This document shows positions 10,317 through 24,221 of a stretch of 58,149 bases of DNA, piece by piece (within the stretch, counting starts at the first letter, position 1; each line of letters begins with the position of its first letter). This DNA comes from Octopus sinensis (lineage: Eukaryota): assembly GCF_006345805.1 (NCBI RefSeq), contig NW_021834931.1:1-58149 (forward strand), in the 5' to 3' direction. The notes beneath the pieces were generated by a model. The model saw only the letters and a program-made list of their open reading frames with translations, made no database searches and was not told the DNA's origin. A program made the translations under genes and the position numbers.

Positions 10317-13044
10317 TCAGCCTGAACACGAGAAACAACCATTTCCAAGCAATTTACATGTTTCCATTTGCTGAATATCATCGCTGTCAGTCGGTAGTTG
10401 TGAACTAGATGACGAAGATTTATTTTCCGCAGCTAATTTGGATCTGATTCTTGCCTTATCGACAGTGAACTGTATTGCATTGGCAGCAGGCTTTGTCCGC
10501 AAGTAGTACATTCCCGTTTTAAGTCCCTATCAAGTTGTAGAAAGTAAGCTAACAAGTTTCCAAGCGTAGAAATGCATGCTCGTAATTTTCCCATAATTTG
10601 GCTCAGCAATGTGGAGGTTAATGGATTGACTCTGATCTATGAAAGGAGACCGATCAGCAGCCATTTTTAGGATTATCTTTTGAGGGATCTCCCACACCGT
10701 TTTATACAAATTTTTGAGTTCTTCGGGAATCGATGAAATGTTCTAAATTAAAAAACACAAAAAAACCCAACCTGTACAGACCCATTAAAGTGTAATAAAA
10801 CATTTTTCATGTCGTCATTCCAAAGACCAGCATCGACGAGATCCTTGAGGAGATACTTATTGACAATTTGGAACTCCCCCGACAGAACACGACGAGTGTA
10901 AAAATTGCTAGTAAAAGGCTCAATCGACTCGTTATTTCCAAAAATTTGAGCAGTCGTTGCCGTTGGCATTGGTGCGATAAGAAGAGAATTCCTCACTCCA
11001 TACTTAGCAATATCCGCTCGGAGGGTAGCCCAATCATGACGAGAACTATCAGAAACACCCCACATGTCATGCTGCAGTATTCCTTGACTTATTGGTGACC
11101 CGGGATATGACTCATATGGCCCATATTCTTGAGCAAGGAGACAGCTTTTTTTCAGTGCAGAATAGTAGATTGTTTCAAATATATTTATATTTACTTCTCT
11201 GGCTTCTTCGCTATCAAATGGGTATCTTAACATGCAAAAACAGTCAGCTAATCCTTGTACACCAATCCCGATTGGCCGGTGTCTTAAGTTTGACAATTTC
11301 GCCTCGGGGATTGGATAGTGGTTTATGTCAATCACTCGATTTAGATTTTTGACGGTGACACCCACAATATACTCTAATAAACCATAGTCGAAAACTCCAT
11401 TGACCACAAAAGCCGAAAGAGAAATAGAAGCAAGGTTGCACACCGCAGTCTAGTAGTAGAACAACATTTTCTCAAACCTCATCTGCATCACTGTATTGGA
11501 CAATTTCTGTGCACAGATTACTCGATTTGATAGTCCCGAGATTTTTTTGATTAGATTTAATATTTATAGCATCCTTATAAAGCATATAAGGCACGCCAGT
11601 CTCAATCTGAGCCTCAACTATAGCCCGCCAGAGATGTTGAGCCTTTACTTTTCTAACATACTTTCCGGTCCTCTCATATCTAAACAAATTCAAACAAATC
11701 CTTAAATTACTCTTCATAAAGTTTATCGAAATTGTCCCCGTAGCAATCAGAAAGGCCCGGGGCTTGGTCAGGCGTCATTAGACACCACATCAAATCATCT
11801 CTGACTCTTCTCATAAATAAATCAGGGATCCATAGACCCAGGAATAGATCTCGTGCCCTCATCTCTTCTTTTCCTGTGTTCTTTCTAAGTTCGATGAATT
11901 CGTAAATATCCGCATGCCACGGTTCGAGGTAAACGGCAAACGCCCCCGGCCTCTAATCATTTTTTATTCCAAAAAACTTTATTTCCGCCTTGGTCGACGT
12001 ACCTGGCTGTGGCATTGAACACTTTAAGCATCGGAATCAGTCCATTCGACCTCCCATTTGTCTAAAAATCATCAGAGCTCATTACCCCGGCAATAAAGCT
12101 TCCCGTAGATCTTATGCAATGTACGTGGATTCCGACTCCTCCAGCCCCTTTGGAAATGAGGGCACATTCCTTCACTGTATCATATATTCCCTCAATACTG
12201 TCTGCCTTCATTGCGACCAAAAAACAACTGATTTTACACTGACATTAAGCAAAAACCTCGAAAGGGAAGAGTTTTGAGTCCCTGCGTTGAAAAGAGTAGG
12301 AGAAGCGTGAGTGAAATACTGCTGAGACATCAAATTATAGGTTTCAAGAACGGAACAAATGTCTTCTCCGTGAATTCCAATGGCCACTCGCATGTACATG
12401 TATTGAGGTCTCTCAATGACTGAAATATAACGACAAAATTACCTTTCCCATCAATTTTAATCAAATAAGACCTTTCTAATGTCTTGAATCCAAAATAAGA
12501 AATGTTGAAATCTCTCTCATCTTTAATTGCGTCGTTAATGGTCTATTTTAATCACATCAATTATAAACTTGTTTATGGGTTTGGACTATATTATATAGAT
12601 TTTCAGACACAAGAGGGTATGGTCTCGATGTATCCTTGTGGATGTAATGGTAGAGCTCATCAACCGCATCTGATACATTTTAAGATAATATTTTGCCTGA
12701 AAATTGGCTTTTGGTTTCTTTTTGTAGATTAGATATTGCAATTCTCGAAGCTAATGTTGCGTAATCGGGGTGTTTTGTGGTCATAGTGGCAGCCGTCTCT
12801 GCAGCCAGATTGTCAAGTTCTTTGGTTTTTACACCGGAGTAAAGGCCATTGACCACTTTGAGAGTCACCTGAGCCTATTGGAAAATAAATTCGAGCAAAT
12901 AACCGGGTCTATATGGTCCTCGTTTAGACCATAGCAAAGCTTTGTGATTCGGCTTGTGATTTTATCAAGGAAAACTTTTTCTGTTCTTCCATCTAATTTA
13001 GAAAGGTTTTTTAAAACAGCAAAACCTCGTTTCTCAACAAACAT
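10317..13044 (-). CDS. RRM1: Ribonucleoside-diphosphate reductase large subunit (class Ia)
   Basis: MFVEKR|[16 protein letters not shown] cone; [13 protein letters not shown]; GGNK|[13 protein letters not shown]; SNLCTEI; AVCNLAS; [13 protein letters not shown]; C-terminal CFSCSG; introns about 23-33 nt. Confidence 0.98.
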
Positions 13045-13169
13045 TTTTCGACAGTTTATGATAATATAGAATTTTATTAAATTTAAAGACTTGTTCATAG
13101 ATATTCATTTTTTTAATTTTAAATAATAAAAATATTTAATGCATATTTTATGTCTTTTTGACTGCTGGC

Positions 13170-13370
13170 AGCAAAAAACAGATTTTCGAAAATCTATTTG
13201 TATCAGATGATGCGTCTTGGCGATATTTTTGTGATTTTTTGAAGACGAGAAAGCCCAACAAGGAAATGAATTCATGGGCTTTCATTCCGAGAATGCCTAT
13301 GTTGTCAAAAAATGGGAGTCAGCAAGAAGAACTCCCTGATGGCCATGTTTTAATGATTTTCAAATTTAAT
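13170..13370 (-). mobile_element. Very degenerate CRE-like 3' remnant (tentative)
   Basis: LPFFDNIGILGMKAHEFISLLG..NRFSKIC, loosely matching P.AVETSG.LG.KA..F...G..QRLSI. Confidence 0.3.
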
Positions 13371-13841
13371 CAAATTAGATCAAATTGAGAGATGTTAGTC
13401 ATATTTTGTTAGTCATCAGATTTAATAACAAAGTAATTTTGACATCTAGCATTAAATAAAAGTAATCTACATTAAAAAATTAATTTGTTGGTTGGCTTTC
13501 CTGACTCGTTTGACATTCGTTTTTGATAAAGAATTTGAATATAAGAAAGGAGAACGATTTTGTCATTGAGAAAGAACAATGAGAAAATAATTTTTTTAAA
13601 TAAAATAAAAAGTAGTTCTAATTGTTTTTCTTTCATAATATTTGCTTTGTACTTTCTTATTAAAAATTTATGTCTCTCTTAAAATAGTGTAAAAATTCCC
13701 TTTAAATTGTAATTAATTTAACTTCATAGAAAAATTAGAGAACAACAAAGTGAAAGAGCGTGCAGCAACTTTTATAACTTTTACAAGTTTTTTTTCAAAT
13801 ATATCTTTATTGGATAAGTTGGAGAGAACAGGGAATAAGTT

Positions 13842-13914
13842 TTTTTTTTTTATTAAAAATGTTAATTTTTTTTAAACTCTCTTGGATCGTGACGTGACTA
13901 GTCGACGGATTTAA
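13842..13914 (-). mobile_element. 73-bp CRE-derived micro-retroinsertion
   Basis: 12-bp TSD AGGGAATAAGTT at 13830-13841 and 13915-13926; poly(T) on the plus strand; core matches GACTAGTCACGATCCAAGAGAGTTT of the CRE copy at 43481. Confidence 0.8.
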
Positions 13915-14037
13915 AGGGAATAAGTTATTCACGAATTAATTAAGAGCCTGGAGGTCAGCTCACATTCGCCACTTTTACAAGTTATTCCGACGTAAATTTA
14001 TCATTTATCAACATTTAGGGTGAAGAAGAAATAAATT

Positions 14038-14155
14038 ATGTACAACACTGTTTGTTCCCAGGCGGTCACCCAGCCAAGTAATAGAACAGCCTGTAATCGC
14101 TTAACTGCCGTGTTCGGATGGGAACGGGTATTTACGACTAAGTATGATCGTACAT
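14038..14155 (-). rRNA. 5S: 5S rRNA (divergent)
   Basis: 118 nt; helix I ATGTACGA/TTGTACAT; CATAC, CCCATCCGAAC, box A-like AGTTAAGC and box C-like GGCTGGGTGACC, then GCCTGGGAAC. Confidence 0.92.
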
Positions 14156-14184
14156 TTTGAATGTTTTTTACCTTATTTGGGAAT

Positions 14185-14300
14185 TGTTAAATTCACGCCT
14201 CATGAGAGTTCTTTTTGCTTTTTCAACGCCTCTCCATTGCCGTAATCCGTGGCAACCTTTTCGCAATCCGTGAGCCTGGGAGAGCGTCCGATACTTTCTT
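14185..14300 (+). mobile_element. CRE-like 3' fragment
   Basis: FQRLSIAVIRGNLFAIREPGRASD. Confidence 0.8.
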
Positions 14301-15019
14301 TTTTTCAAACTGTCTTTTAGCCAACATTTAATTTCAATATCTATTTTGTCTGTATACCTTGTTTTTTAGATTTTTGTTTTCTATTTTCTAAATCTTCTGA
14401 TGAAATTAGATTTTCAATAAATTTTTTATTTCCGTTTATTCAATATTTAAAAAATCCGCTAATTTAAGAATATCGAAAATGCCCGTTTTTCTTCTCAATT
14501 TCAAGAATTTCTTTATTAGAGTTATTTAAAAACTTAGAACAATTCCCGATAGTATCTTCGAATACGTCTTCTCAAGCCATTTTTTTAAAAATGGCTGTGT
14601 CCTATAAATTCAGTATCTTGTAAGAATTATAAACAGAAATATTTTGTGTTTCCAATAATTCTGTCAAATACGATAACTTGGGTCTAATAAAAGTAATCTG
14701 AAAGATTCTATAATGCCAATATAAATTAATTGAAGTAACCCCGTAGTATTTGTTAAAAGAAAAAATATTTCTATTTATACCCAATTCGGCGGAATACAAT
14801 GCCCAGAGCAGCTGTCAATCAATAGTAAATATTGTTTTTTTTTTTTGAGCTGAATATCAAAATTAGTCAACGAATCCATAAATATAGACCAGGTCATCTA
14901 AACTCTTTGTGAAATATAGGAGGAGATAGAGCATCTATAGGCATAATTTCTAGATTTTTTGGCTTTGAAATCATCATTGGTTTCAATTTTTTTTCGCGTA
15001 ATTTTATTAATAAAAAGAC

Positions 15020-15140
15020 TAGAGAAAACTGGGCCTTGGCAGATAGCCAGAGTATTACCTTTGACTATGGCTATGGATATTGGTTTCAAATTATGCGTTC
15101 TGTTACTAAAGATTGCAACAGTTTCTGATTTCGCCTCATT
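15020..15140 (-). mobile_element. CRE-like 3' remnant
   Basis: PISIAIVKGNTLAI matches the LSIAVIRGNVFAI motif of the other copies. Confidence 0.55.
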
Positions 15141-15181
15141 TCAAAATATAAACAAATTTAATGTATTTATCAGAAATAAAA

Positions 15182-16266
<1,085 letters not shown>

Positions 16267-16550
16267 TTACAAAATAACATATAAATAAATTAATCGTGTA
16301 TAAACAAGCAATCACAAACAAGGAACAACAACGAAGTGTACTTATTAGAAATAAAATTAATTCAAAAAAAGTATTATAACTACAATTAAAAAAATCGATT
16401 TTATAATAATCCTTAATTAAAATAAACATTAATCTTTAAACTAATTCTCAAACAAAGACTAAATCTCTCGTTGTCACGTCTGTGTTTATTGGTTTATTCA
16501 TTAAGATGTTTTAATTCTTTTTAATTTGACTATTAGGTTGAAAATATTTC

Positions 16551-16613
16551 GACTAGCCACGACTAGCCACGATCCAAGAGAGTATTCTTGGCTGCTGGAA
16601 CGTCTGTCGATTG
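16551..16613 (+). mobile_element. CRE-like fragment fused to the 5' end of a LINE
   Basis: TSHDPREYSWLLERLSI, nearly identical to the 43481 copy; starts with a 10-bp tandem duplication GACTAGCCAC. Confidence 0.85.
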
Positions 16614-19600
16614 AAACAAAACCCGCCGCCCCGAAGGCGAGAGCAGTGAAGAAAACTGCAGTAGCAAAATCTGGAGTTCAGCTGCCAAGCCCTGAAGCCC
16701 GGCTGGAGGACGATGGGACGCCTCCAGAGCCGGCTGAAACCGGTGGCAAACGGAAAGCAGGCAGACCCCCTTTACCGAAAAAGGTGGCGCTCCCACGGGA
16801 GGTCAGCCACCCATGTCGGAAGGATTCCTTGCTCTGACAATTCTAAATGCCCGCTCGCTTGCGAGACGGGCATCGGAGCTGAGGCTCCTGCTGGCCACAG
16901 CGAAGTCTCACATATTGATTATCAATGAGACTAAGCTGAAGGAAGCTACGAGGGTGGAATTCGAAGGCTATAAGTCTATTAATATACCATGGAAAATAAA
17001 CTCAGTGGCGGGGACAGGAACCTCAGTCTACTACAGGGCGAACCTTAAGGTAAGAAACATCAGAATTGTGGAGGAGTCACTCTGTGAACTTATTGTGCTC
17101 GAGCTGCACACGACTGCTGGCTGGCTAACCGTCGGGGGAATGTACTCAAAGTCGCTAAGGCGCTATTCAAACGTTATTGGGACGTTCTTTGAGGGAAATT
17201 GCCTGTCAATCCTAGCAGGAGATCTTAATGCCAAAAATGTGAGTTATGGATGTGAAACTACGAATATGGATGGAACTGTCCTTGAGGACTTGGCCAGTAG
17301 CTTGGGTTTTTCGGTCTTTACATCGGAAGAACTGAATCATTATGCAGACAGAGGCAGGGCTGATCGCTTGGGTCTCTTTCTATGCTCGGCATCAATTAGT
17401 CCTATGTTACATACCGAGGTTGTAAGCGGACATTGGCTCTGACACGTGCCGCAAACGATGTTGATAAAGATGACTATGAATGTTACGGAGGACTTGTTCA
17501 TTGGTTACAACCTCGTGAACATGAACTGGAGTTTATTCGAATAATATGCGGGATTCTCTTCGAAATGTCGTGTCCCAGCCTCTGAGAAGCAGAGATGATA
17601 TTGACAATCTCGATGATCACCTTAGATCGTCAATCATAAAATTCCTGGATGTTTATCCATTAAAAAATGTATGGAAACCCAAAGGAACGCAAAAGCGGAT
17701 GAATTCGAAACTTGTCACTCTGATCAGAACGAAAGGTACCCTGGAAAATCGCAGGAGAAGATGTCGGGTTGAGTCAATCAAATGCCGCCTGAAATTGGAG
17801 ATCGACAAGATAAAATCTACTATTGCAAAAATGGCCAAGACTGAGGTCGAAAGTAAATGGAGGTCTGAATGCAGAAAACTGGATAAGCGAAACCCTAATT
17901 TCTGGAAAGCATATCAACGCCTTACCAGAAATGATGCAAAGGATTTGAAATTTCACTAAAAGAACCAGACGGGAAATATATCTCCTCTGATCGTATCCCG
18001 GAAGTACTCAGGAACCAACTTAGTCAGTTCAAGAGGTCGAATCTACCGTTCCACGAGGGACTTATGACCGAATTGTGAAGAAGCTTGCTATTCGCAATTA
18101 TCGGAGGGACCATTATGTGGGGCGATAACACAGGAAGAGGTTGAAAGGGCAATTGCTGGGTTGAAGAACAAGGCGCCTGGCTTCGACTACATCCCTCCGA
18201 AGTTGTTAAAGAAGGCCCCTGAAATCTTGATACGAGCATTGACTATGTTGTTTCACGCCAGCTGGACGTTCGGACACTCATTCCATCGCGTGGAAGCATA
18301 CGATTGTTCGAATGATTCCAAAATCTGGTAAATCGACACTGCTGGCACAGAACTACCGGCCAATTAGCCTCATTTGTGCTTTCTCTAAGACAATGGAAAA
18401 AGATTGTCTTTAACAGACTCTCTGGTCATATAGAATCACAAAATTTGCTTTTACCTGAACAATGGGGATTTCGTGGAGGAAGATCCACAGGGGACTGCCT
18501 CAGGGAGTTAGAGCACCAATTATCCCGTGCTGACAGAAATGAAGCATGGCTAACTGTGGTGTGTCTGGATCTGGCCAAAGCCTTCGATAGCGTGTGGCAC
18601 CTGGGCCTACTCTCCAGAATCCATGACATCGGAGCCGGGATAAAGACCTATCGATGGCTGGAGAGCTTCTTGTCAGGAAGACAATCATTTGTCCGCTGTG
18701 GAAACCGCCTATCGGGGTGTGTGGAACTTAGAAGGGGAGTCCCGCAGGGATCTATCTTGAGTCCACTTCTGTTCAACCTCTTCTTGGCGGACATTCCTCT
18801 GCCGTCGACACGTACTGGCAAGCTCGTTATCGGTACTTTTGTCGAAGTGGTCGCAGTTTTTTTTGAAGATAATTAAAATTAATTAATTTTTTTAGTGAAA
18901 AATAGATTATTTAATTTATAACCCTCTATCAATAATTTAAATGGTTATTAAAATTATTTAAAAATTTATTTAACCAATTTAGTCATTTTTAGTACGCGGC
19001 ATCCAAATTCCAGGACTGTAGAAGGAATTTATGTCTTTTACAATCTGTGCAAAAGATTCCTTATAGTTCTGTATTTGTTTTCGCCACATAAATTCTGAAA
19101 AAATAACTAACTAAAAAAACCGGTACTTTTGTCGAAGTGGTCGCAGTTTTTTTAGGCCTTTTAAAAATCTAATAATTTTTGAGGTGGAATATATTATATT
19201 TTATCACTTCGACAAAAGTACCTCGTTATCTATGCTGACGATATCCTGGTCATGGATACCTCGAAAAGGATATCGCAGTCTTGGAGACGACTGAAATCAT
19301 ACATTGCAACGCTAAAGATGTGGACTATAGAGAAGGGTTTGACCCTAGCACCGGAGAAGAGCACCATTTCATGGTTGCGGAGAGGGAGTCGCTATGCGGA
19401 GTCTTGTGCATATGCGATGAGTAGCTATGTGATGGATCTCTCGAAAAGAAAAAATCTTTCTTACCTGGGAGCAACCATTAACTGTCGTGGCTCGTACGTA
19501 GAGCATATAGCAAATCAGAGAAAGAGGAGTGTGAGGATCCTCAAAAGCTTAACCAGGTTCCATCTGGATCCGGAAACGTACATCTACGTATACAAAACGT

Positions 19601-19910
19601 GTGTGCAGCCAGTCCTCACATATGGCTACGAGGGCTGGTACGGTACGGAGGAGAGTGACTACCTGATCGAACAGTTGGAAAAGACAAGACGTTTCGCTAT
19701 GAAATTGGCTTACGGAGTACAACTTGACGGAAGGCTAAAAGACTCACAAGAATCCTCTGTGCCCACGATCCGGATGGTCTTGGAGAATTGTCGTCAAACA
19801 TGACTAGTATTGGGGATACGCATGGAAAGAGACACTTCGGTGCCTTGTTTTTATCTCCCCGCCGATGTTTTTCTTCCTTGTTTTTCTTTTTCTTTTCGCT
19901 CAATAAACAC
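16614..19910 (+). mobile_element. APE-RT LINE (I/Jockey-like), 5'-truncated and disrupted
   Basis: LNARSL..INETKL..AGDLNA endonuclease; YRPISL, QWGFR, DLAKAFD, GVPQGSILSP, YADD reverse transcriptase; frameshifts; interrupted by a Merlin derivative. Confidence 0.93.
18832..19222. mobile_element. Merlin family B non-autonomous composite with three TIRs
   Basis: 8-bp TSD TCGTTATC at 18824-18831 and 19223-19230; 18832-19121 is the reverse complement of 22028-22317; 19122-19222 is the left end plus a short right TIR. Confidence 0.93.
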
Positions 19911-20069
19911 TATTCTATTTTGTGTCGGCTTAGGTGTTTGGTTCGATTCATTTATTATATGAATTTTTTCAATGTCGAGGTGTTTACAGTGAACAAAAAT
20001 AAAAACTGAACATGTTTTTTTTATAAATTTACAATGGGGCAATAGTATGGTAGGTTTAAGTCTTTTAAT

Positions 20070-20300
20070 GTAGTCTCCAGATATACGACAATCAGCATAG
20101 GAGATAACAGATCCTTTTGATGTGTTCCGGATGCTGTTTCAAACCCTGATCGATAGATAGGTTACTGATAAGAGTTTCCTGATCATTCGGGTCAAAGATT
20201 CGTCAAGGAATTCTGTAAAGACATCCGTCAATTTCTGACGACTGATAAAGTCAAAAGCTTTTGACATATCGATTTCAAAAATGTTTGTCAAATTTTTGAA
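20070..20300 (-). mobile_element. Degenerate RTE-like reverse transcriptase fragment
   Basis: IDMSKAFDFISRQKL..LLSPMLIVVYLE; related to the element at 26170-30200. Confidence 0.65.
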
Positions 20301-20915
20301 TCTTTCAATAGTGGAACATCGCCAACCAATAACTTTATTATTTTACAAAATAAAATTAATACTAGAAAGAAAGTTTATTAATATTAGCAACCATAAAAAA
20401 CAATGAGCTTTCAAAAATGTTACTAGCGACAACGAATTAAGTATGAAAAATATATTTACTTTAAATTCCTAATCCAAATTTTAAAAACCTCTTATTACTT
20501 GTTAACATTTAATTGGGTCACTCTTCTGCAAACCAATTGTTAAAAAGACATCCTAAAAAGCTAGCTCGACTCCTTGGAGTCATAAGTTCTTTTTGAGATA
20601 AAAGAATCTACAAAAGAGAATAATTCACATGCCTTATAACAGCGCTTCCTGATTCGGGGTACTACAAATAATTTTGAAAATTTTCCGACACTGGATGAAA
20701 TCGCACTTGAATCCAGATCGAAATTCGATAAAAATATTAAAAAAGAAATCAACTATCATTTTGAATGCTTAAAACTTTTTTTATTGATGTTTTTCAAAAT
20801 ATCAAATTTGCAACAAAAGCACTGAAAGTTTTGGTTTCATTTTCATTAATTTTCTTTCAATGGAGATGAATTCTGTTTTGTCGATGTTAACGTTCAACAA
20901 CTATTTGCTAAGAAT

Positions 20916-22317
20916 TACTTTTGTCGAAGTGGTCGCAGTTTTTTTAGGCCTTTTAAAAAATCTAATAATTTTTGAGGTGGAATATATTATATTTTATTTA
21001 AGTCGCTCTATCAATAATTTAAAATATTATTAAATTTTTTACTAATTTATTTTCTAATTTTTTTAATATTATGGCGAGCATGTACCTAATATTGATATAA
21101 ACTGGCACTATAGGTCACATGGAAAATTCTGTTGTGGACTTATGCAACATCAAATTCCGACAGCTCCCAATAAGTAAGGAGGATGCAGTGCATTTTCTGC
21201 AAAATGTGGATATCCTTTCAAAATCACGTATATGTCCGAAGGGACATCAGATGGAATTAGTCTTGGGACCGAAGCTCAATTGGAAATGCTCAAGAGTTGG
21301 TTGTAGAGTCCAATGTTCTATTAAAAAGGTATAATTTCTCTCAAATAATTCTAGATACCTGGTTAGAGAATTGTAGATTGCCATTTGAGGATGTCATCGC
21401 CTACATATACTTATGGAGTTACGATAGGCATACCTTCAAATGGCTTCATCACGAATACAATTGGGGTGAACATACATATGTCGATTGGGCTATGTTTTTA
21501 CGTGAAGTCTGTGTGGACGCACTTGTTAAAAGATCTGACGGCAAAATTGGTATTATTAATGTTTATTTCAGGTGGTCCTGGTATGATTGTGGAGGTAGAC
21601 GAGAGTATGTTTTCCAAACGGAAAAACAACTCTGGAAGAGTTTTACCAAAACAGTGGGTCTTCGGTGGTATTTGTCGAGCCACCAAACAGTGTTTTCTGC
21701 AACCAGTCGCGGATAGGAGCAGAGAAACACTGCTCAGTCTAGTAATTCGATATGTCGAGGTGGGAAGCATTATTTATAGTGACTGCTGGAAAGGTTAGCA
21801 TTATTTGATTAACATTTAGGGTATTCAACTGATCAATTGGTTGAAAACGGCTACACACACGAAACCGTTAACCATAAGTAAGGAAATATAATATATTCAG
21901 AAAATTCTTTGTGGATCCAACGACGGGAGTGCACACCCAGACAGTAGAACGAATGTGGGGAAGTGCAAAATGCAAGAATAAAGCTCAAAGAGGAGCTGTA
22001 AGACATCATCTGGGATCTTATTTCGCAGGTTTTTTTAGTTAGTTATTTTTTCAGAATTTATGTGGCGAAAACAAATACAGAACTATAAGGAATCTTTTGC
22101 ACAGATTGTAAAAGACATAAATTCCTTCTACAGTCCTGGAATTTGGATGCCGCGTACTAAAAATGACTAAATTGGTTAAATAAATTTTTAAATAATTTTA
22201 ATAACCATTTAAATTATTGATAGAGGGTTATAAATTAAATAATCTATTTTTCACTAAAAAAATTAATTAATTTTAATTATCTTCTAAAAAAACTGCGACC
22301 ACTTCGACAAAAGTACC
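20916..22317 (+). mobile_element. Merlin DNA transposon, family B, nearly intact transposase with 5 micro-introns
   Basis: TIR (GG)TACTTTTGTCGAAGTGGTCGCAG, left end lacks the terminal GG; DDE in VEVDES, YSDCWKGY and TVERMW; ATG near 21119; only a 1-nt loss before intron 1 breaks the spliced frame. Confidence 0.93.
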
Positions 22318-22763
22318 GAATTTTTTTTGGTTTTGCACATTATTATGATTAAGAGCCCTGTGTTTTCAGGTATTGAGCTTACGACGTTTGCGTAGATTGT
22401 TTCTGTGATATCATTATAAAGTGATCAAAGCTTGTTGATGTCGAGAACATCTGTTGAAAATTTCAGCTATTATCAACAAAAGTGAGTAAGATGAATTTTT
22501 AAGAAGTTTGACTAAAACTTCGTCGTATCCCAGTGCGCCGTTGTTGTTTAGGCGATGGAACGAGTTGAAAACCTCCTCCTTTGCAATCATATTTTTTAAC
22601 AGACGTTATTCGTAATAAATGGTTGAATTTTATCTATTTTTACATGAAATTGATTTTAAAATTGACTTCAATATGATCCGTCTTGCATTCTTTATTTCCA
22701 ATAGAATGTCTCAGTTCAGTGGTAGGCAAACGCTGGCTTGCAAGTCTTTGCTTGCTCTTAAAG

Positions 22764-24221
22764 CAGGGGTGGCCAACCTTTTTCACCGGCGAGCTACTTT
22801 TCATTTTGCGATTTTTTGGAGATCGACTTATATATTTTAATATCAAAAATTTTATTTTACAATTAAAAATTAATGCGATTTTTGGCATTGTAATTCACTT
22901 GCGATTATTTCAAATTCTGGCTCGTATAAGCTTATTGCTATTCTCATGCAATCCCCAAGATGGTCATCCGTTAAACGTGTCCTGTATTGAGATTTTATCA
23001 TTTTCATACTTGAAATGATGTTTCGGATAAATATGTGCTTCTAAAGCATGAAAGAATTCGTTGATACGAATCAATCAAAATTGGATATTTTTCCTGAGAC
23101 ATAAATTTCCACATGTTGACATTTGAATGTAATTTTAAAGTGATGTCATTTTTTAGATTTATAATTTCTATTTGACTTTTTCTTCCATCAACGTCAAAAA
23201 TCTTGCTAAATTCTTCTGAAATATTTTCGATGTCTACATCCATGAACGGAGAAACAAAGAAACTGCATAATATAGTAATTTTCTTGAAATCGCTAAATCT
23301 GTTATTAAACTCGTTCATTATTTTTTCTAGTACCATAGCAAATTCATTGACATAATGATTTTTATTCACAAGTTGTTTTGTGAATTCATCTTCAATGTTA
23401 GGAAAATGGGTAAAATTTTCTTTTCTGATTTGAGATATCCATAATTCCAACTTCATTATGAAAGCATTTATTAACTGATCATATCGATAATATATCTATT
23501 CTTTCCCTGTAATTCTAAATTGAGAAAAACACGAACATGCGTAAAGATCCTTTTTTAACTGCGAAGAAGATTTTCAGAAATGCTTTCAGCCCTTCTGACA
23601 ATTGACTGTTTTGAGAGCTGAAGCTCTTTGATGCAATTTGAAATTTCCTGTTTAGTTTTCATACCATCAAATAGTGAATCGGCAGCTTCCAAAAAACAAG
23701 ATTTAAAATTTCCCCATCAGTGAAAGGTTTTTTGTGTTTTACGAGGAGACGAGTCACTCGCAATGATGCAATTGTTGCAGATCTGGACGAATTAATAAAC
23801 TTTTTCAAAATTGTATGTTGTGAAAAAAAGATTTTTTTAATTGTTCAACTTTCTCTTCCCGTAATAAGGAATTTAAAGGAAAGTGTTTGTTGAACTCGGG
23901 ATGTAAAGAATTAAAATGCCGACAAAGATTTCCCCTTTTTGGTAATGAAATGATTTTATTGCATAGCATACATGTGCATTTTTCCATGTGCATCGTAAAA
24001 ATATAGTCTTTTTCTTTCCCATTTGGCATTAATTTATATGATTTGGACTTTTTGTTACACCTCATAACAAGACACGTGAAAATACTTACTTTAATATTGA
24101 TAATTTTTTTTTAATATATTTAAATACAAAAAAATAATTAGCAATTTATATATCGAGCGATCGACCACGAAACATGCCGCGATCGACCAGTCGATCGCGA
24201 TCGAACCGTTGGCCACCCCTG
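22764..24221 (-). mobile_element. hAT transposon, GTF2IRD2/EPM2AIP1-like, internally deleted
   Basis: TIR CAGGGGTGGCCAAC; 8-bp TSD TCTTAAAG; CMLCNK..KRGNLCRHFNSLH and FRSTYLSET fragments. Confidence 0.92.

Noticed and set aside
10868-12732. Plus-strand ORFs opposite RRM1, and similar antisense ORFs over PRPF6, ACSS2 and the LINEs
   Set aside because: Shadow frames of real coding sequence with no independent motifs.
10317-13044. Viral or bacterial ribonucleotide reductase
   Set aside because: Many GT-AG introns, a eukaryotic ATP cone and a C-terminal CxxC; no viral neighbours.
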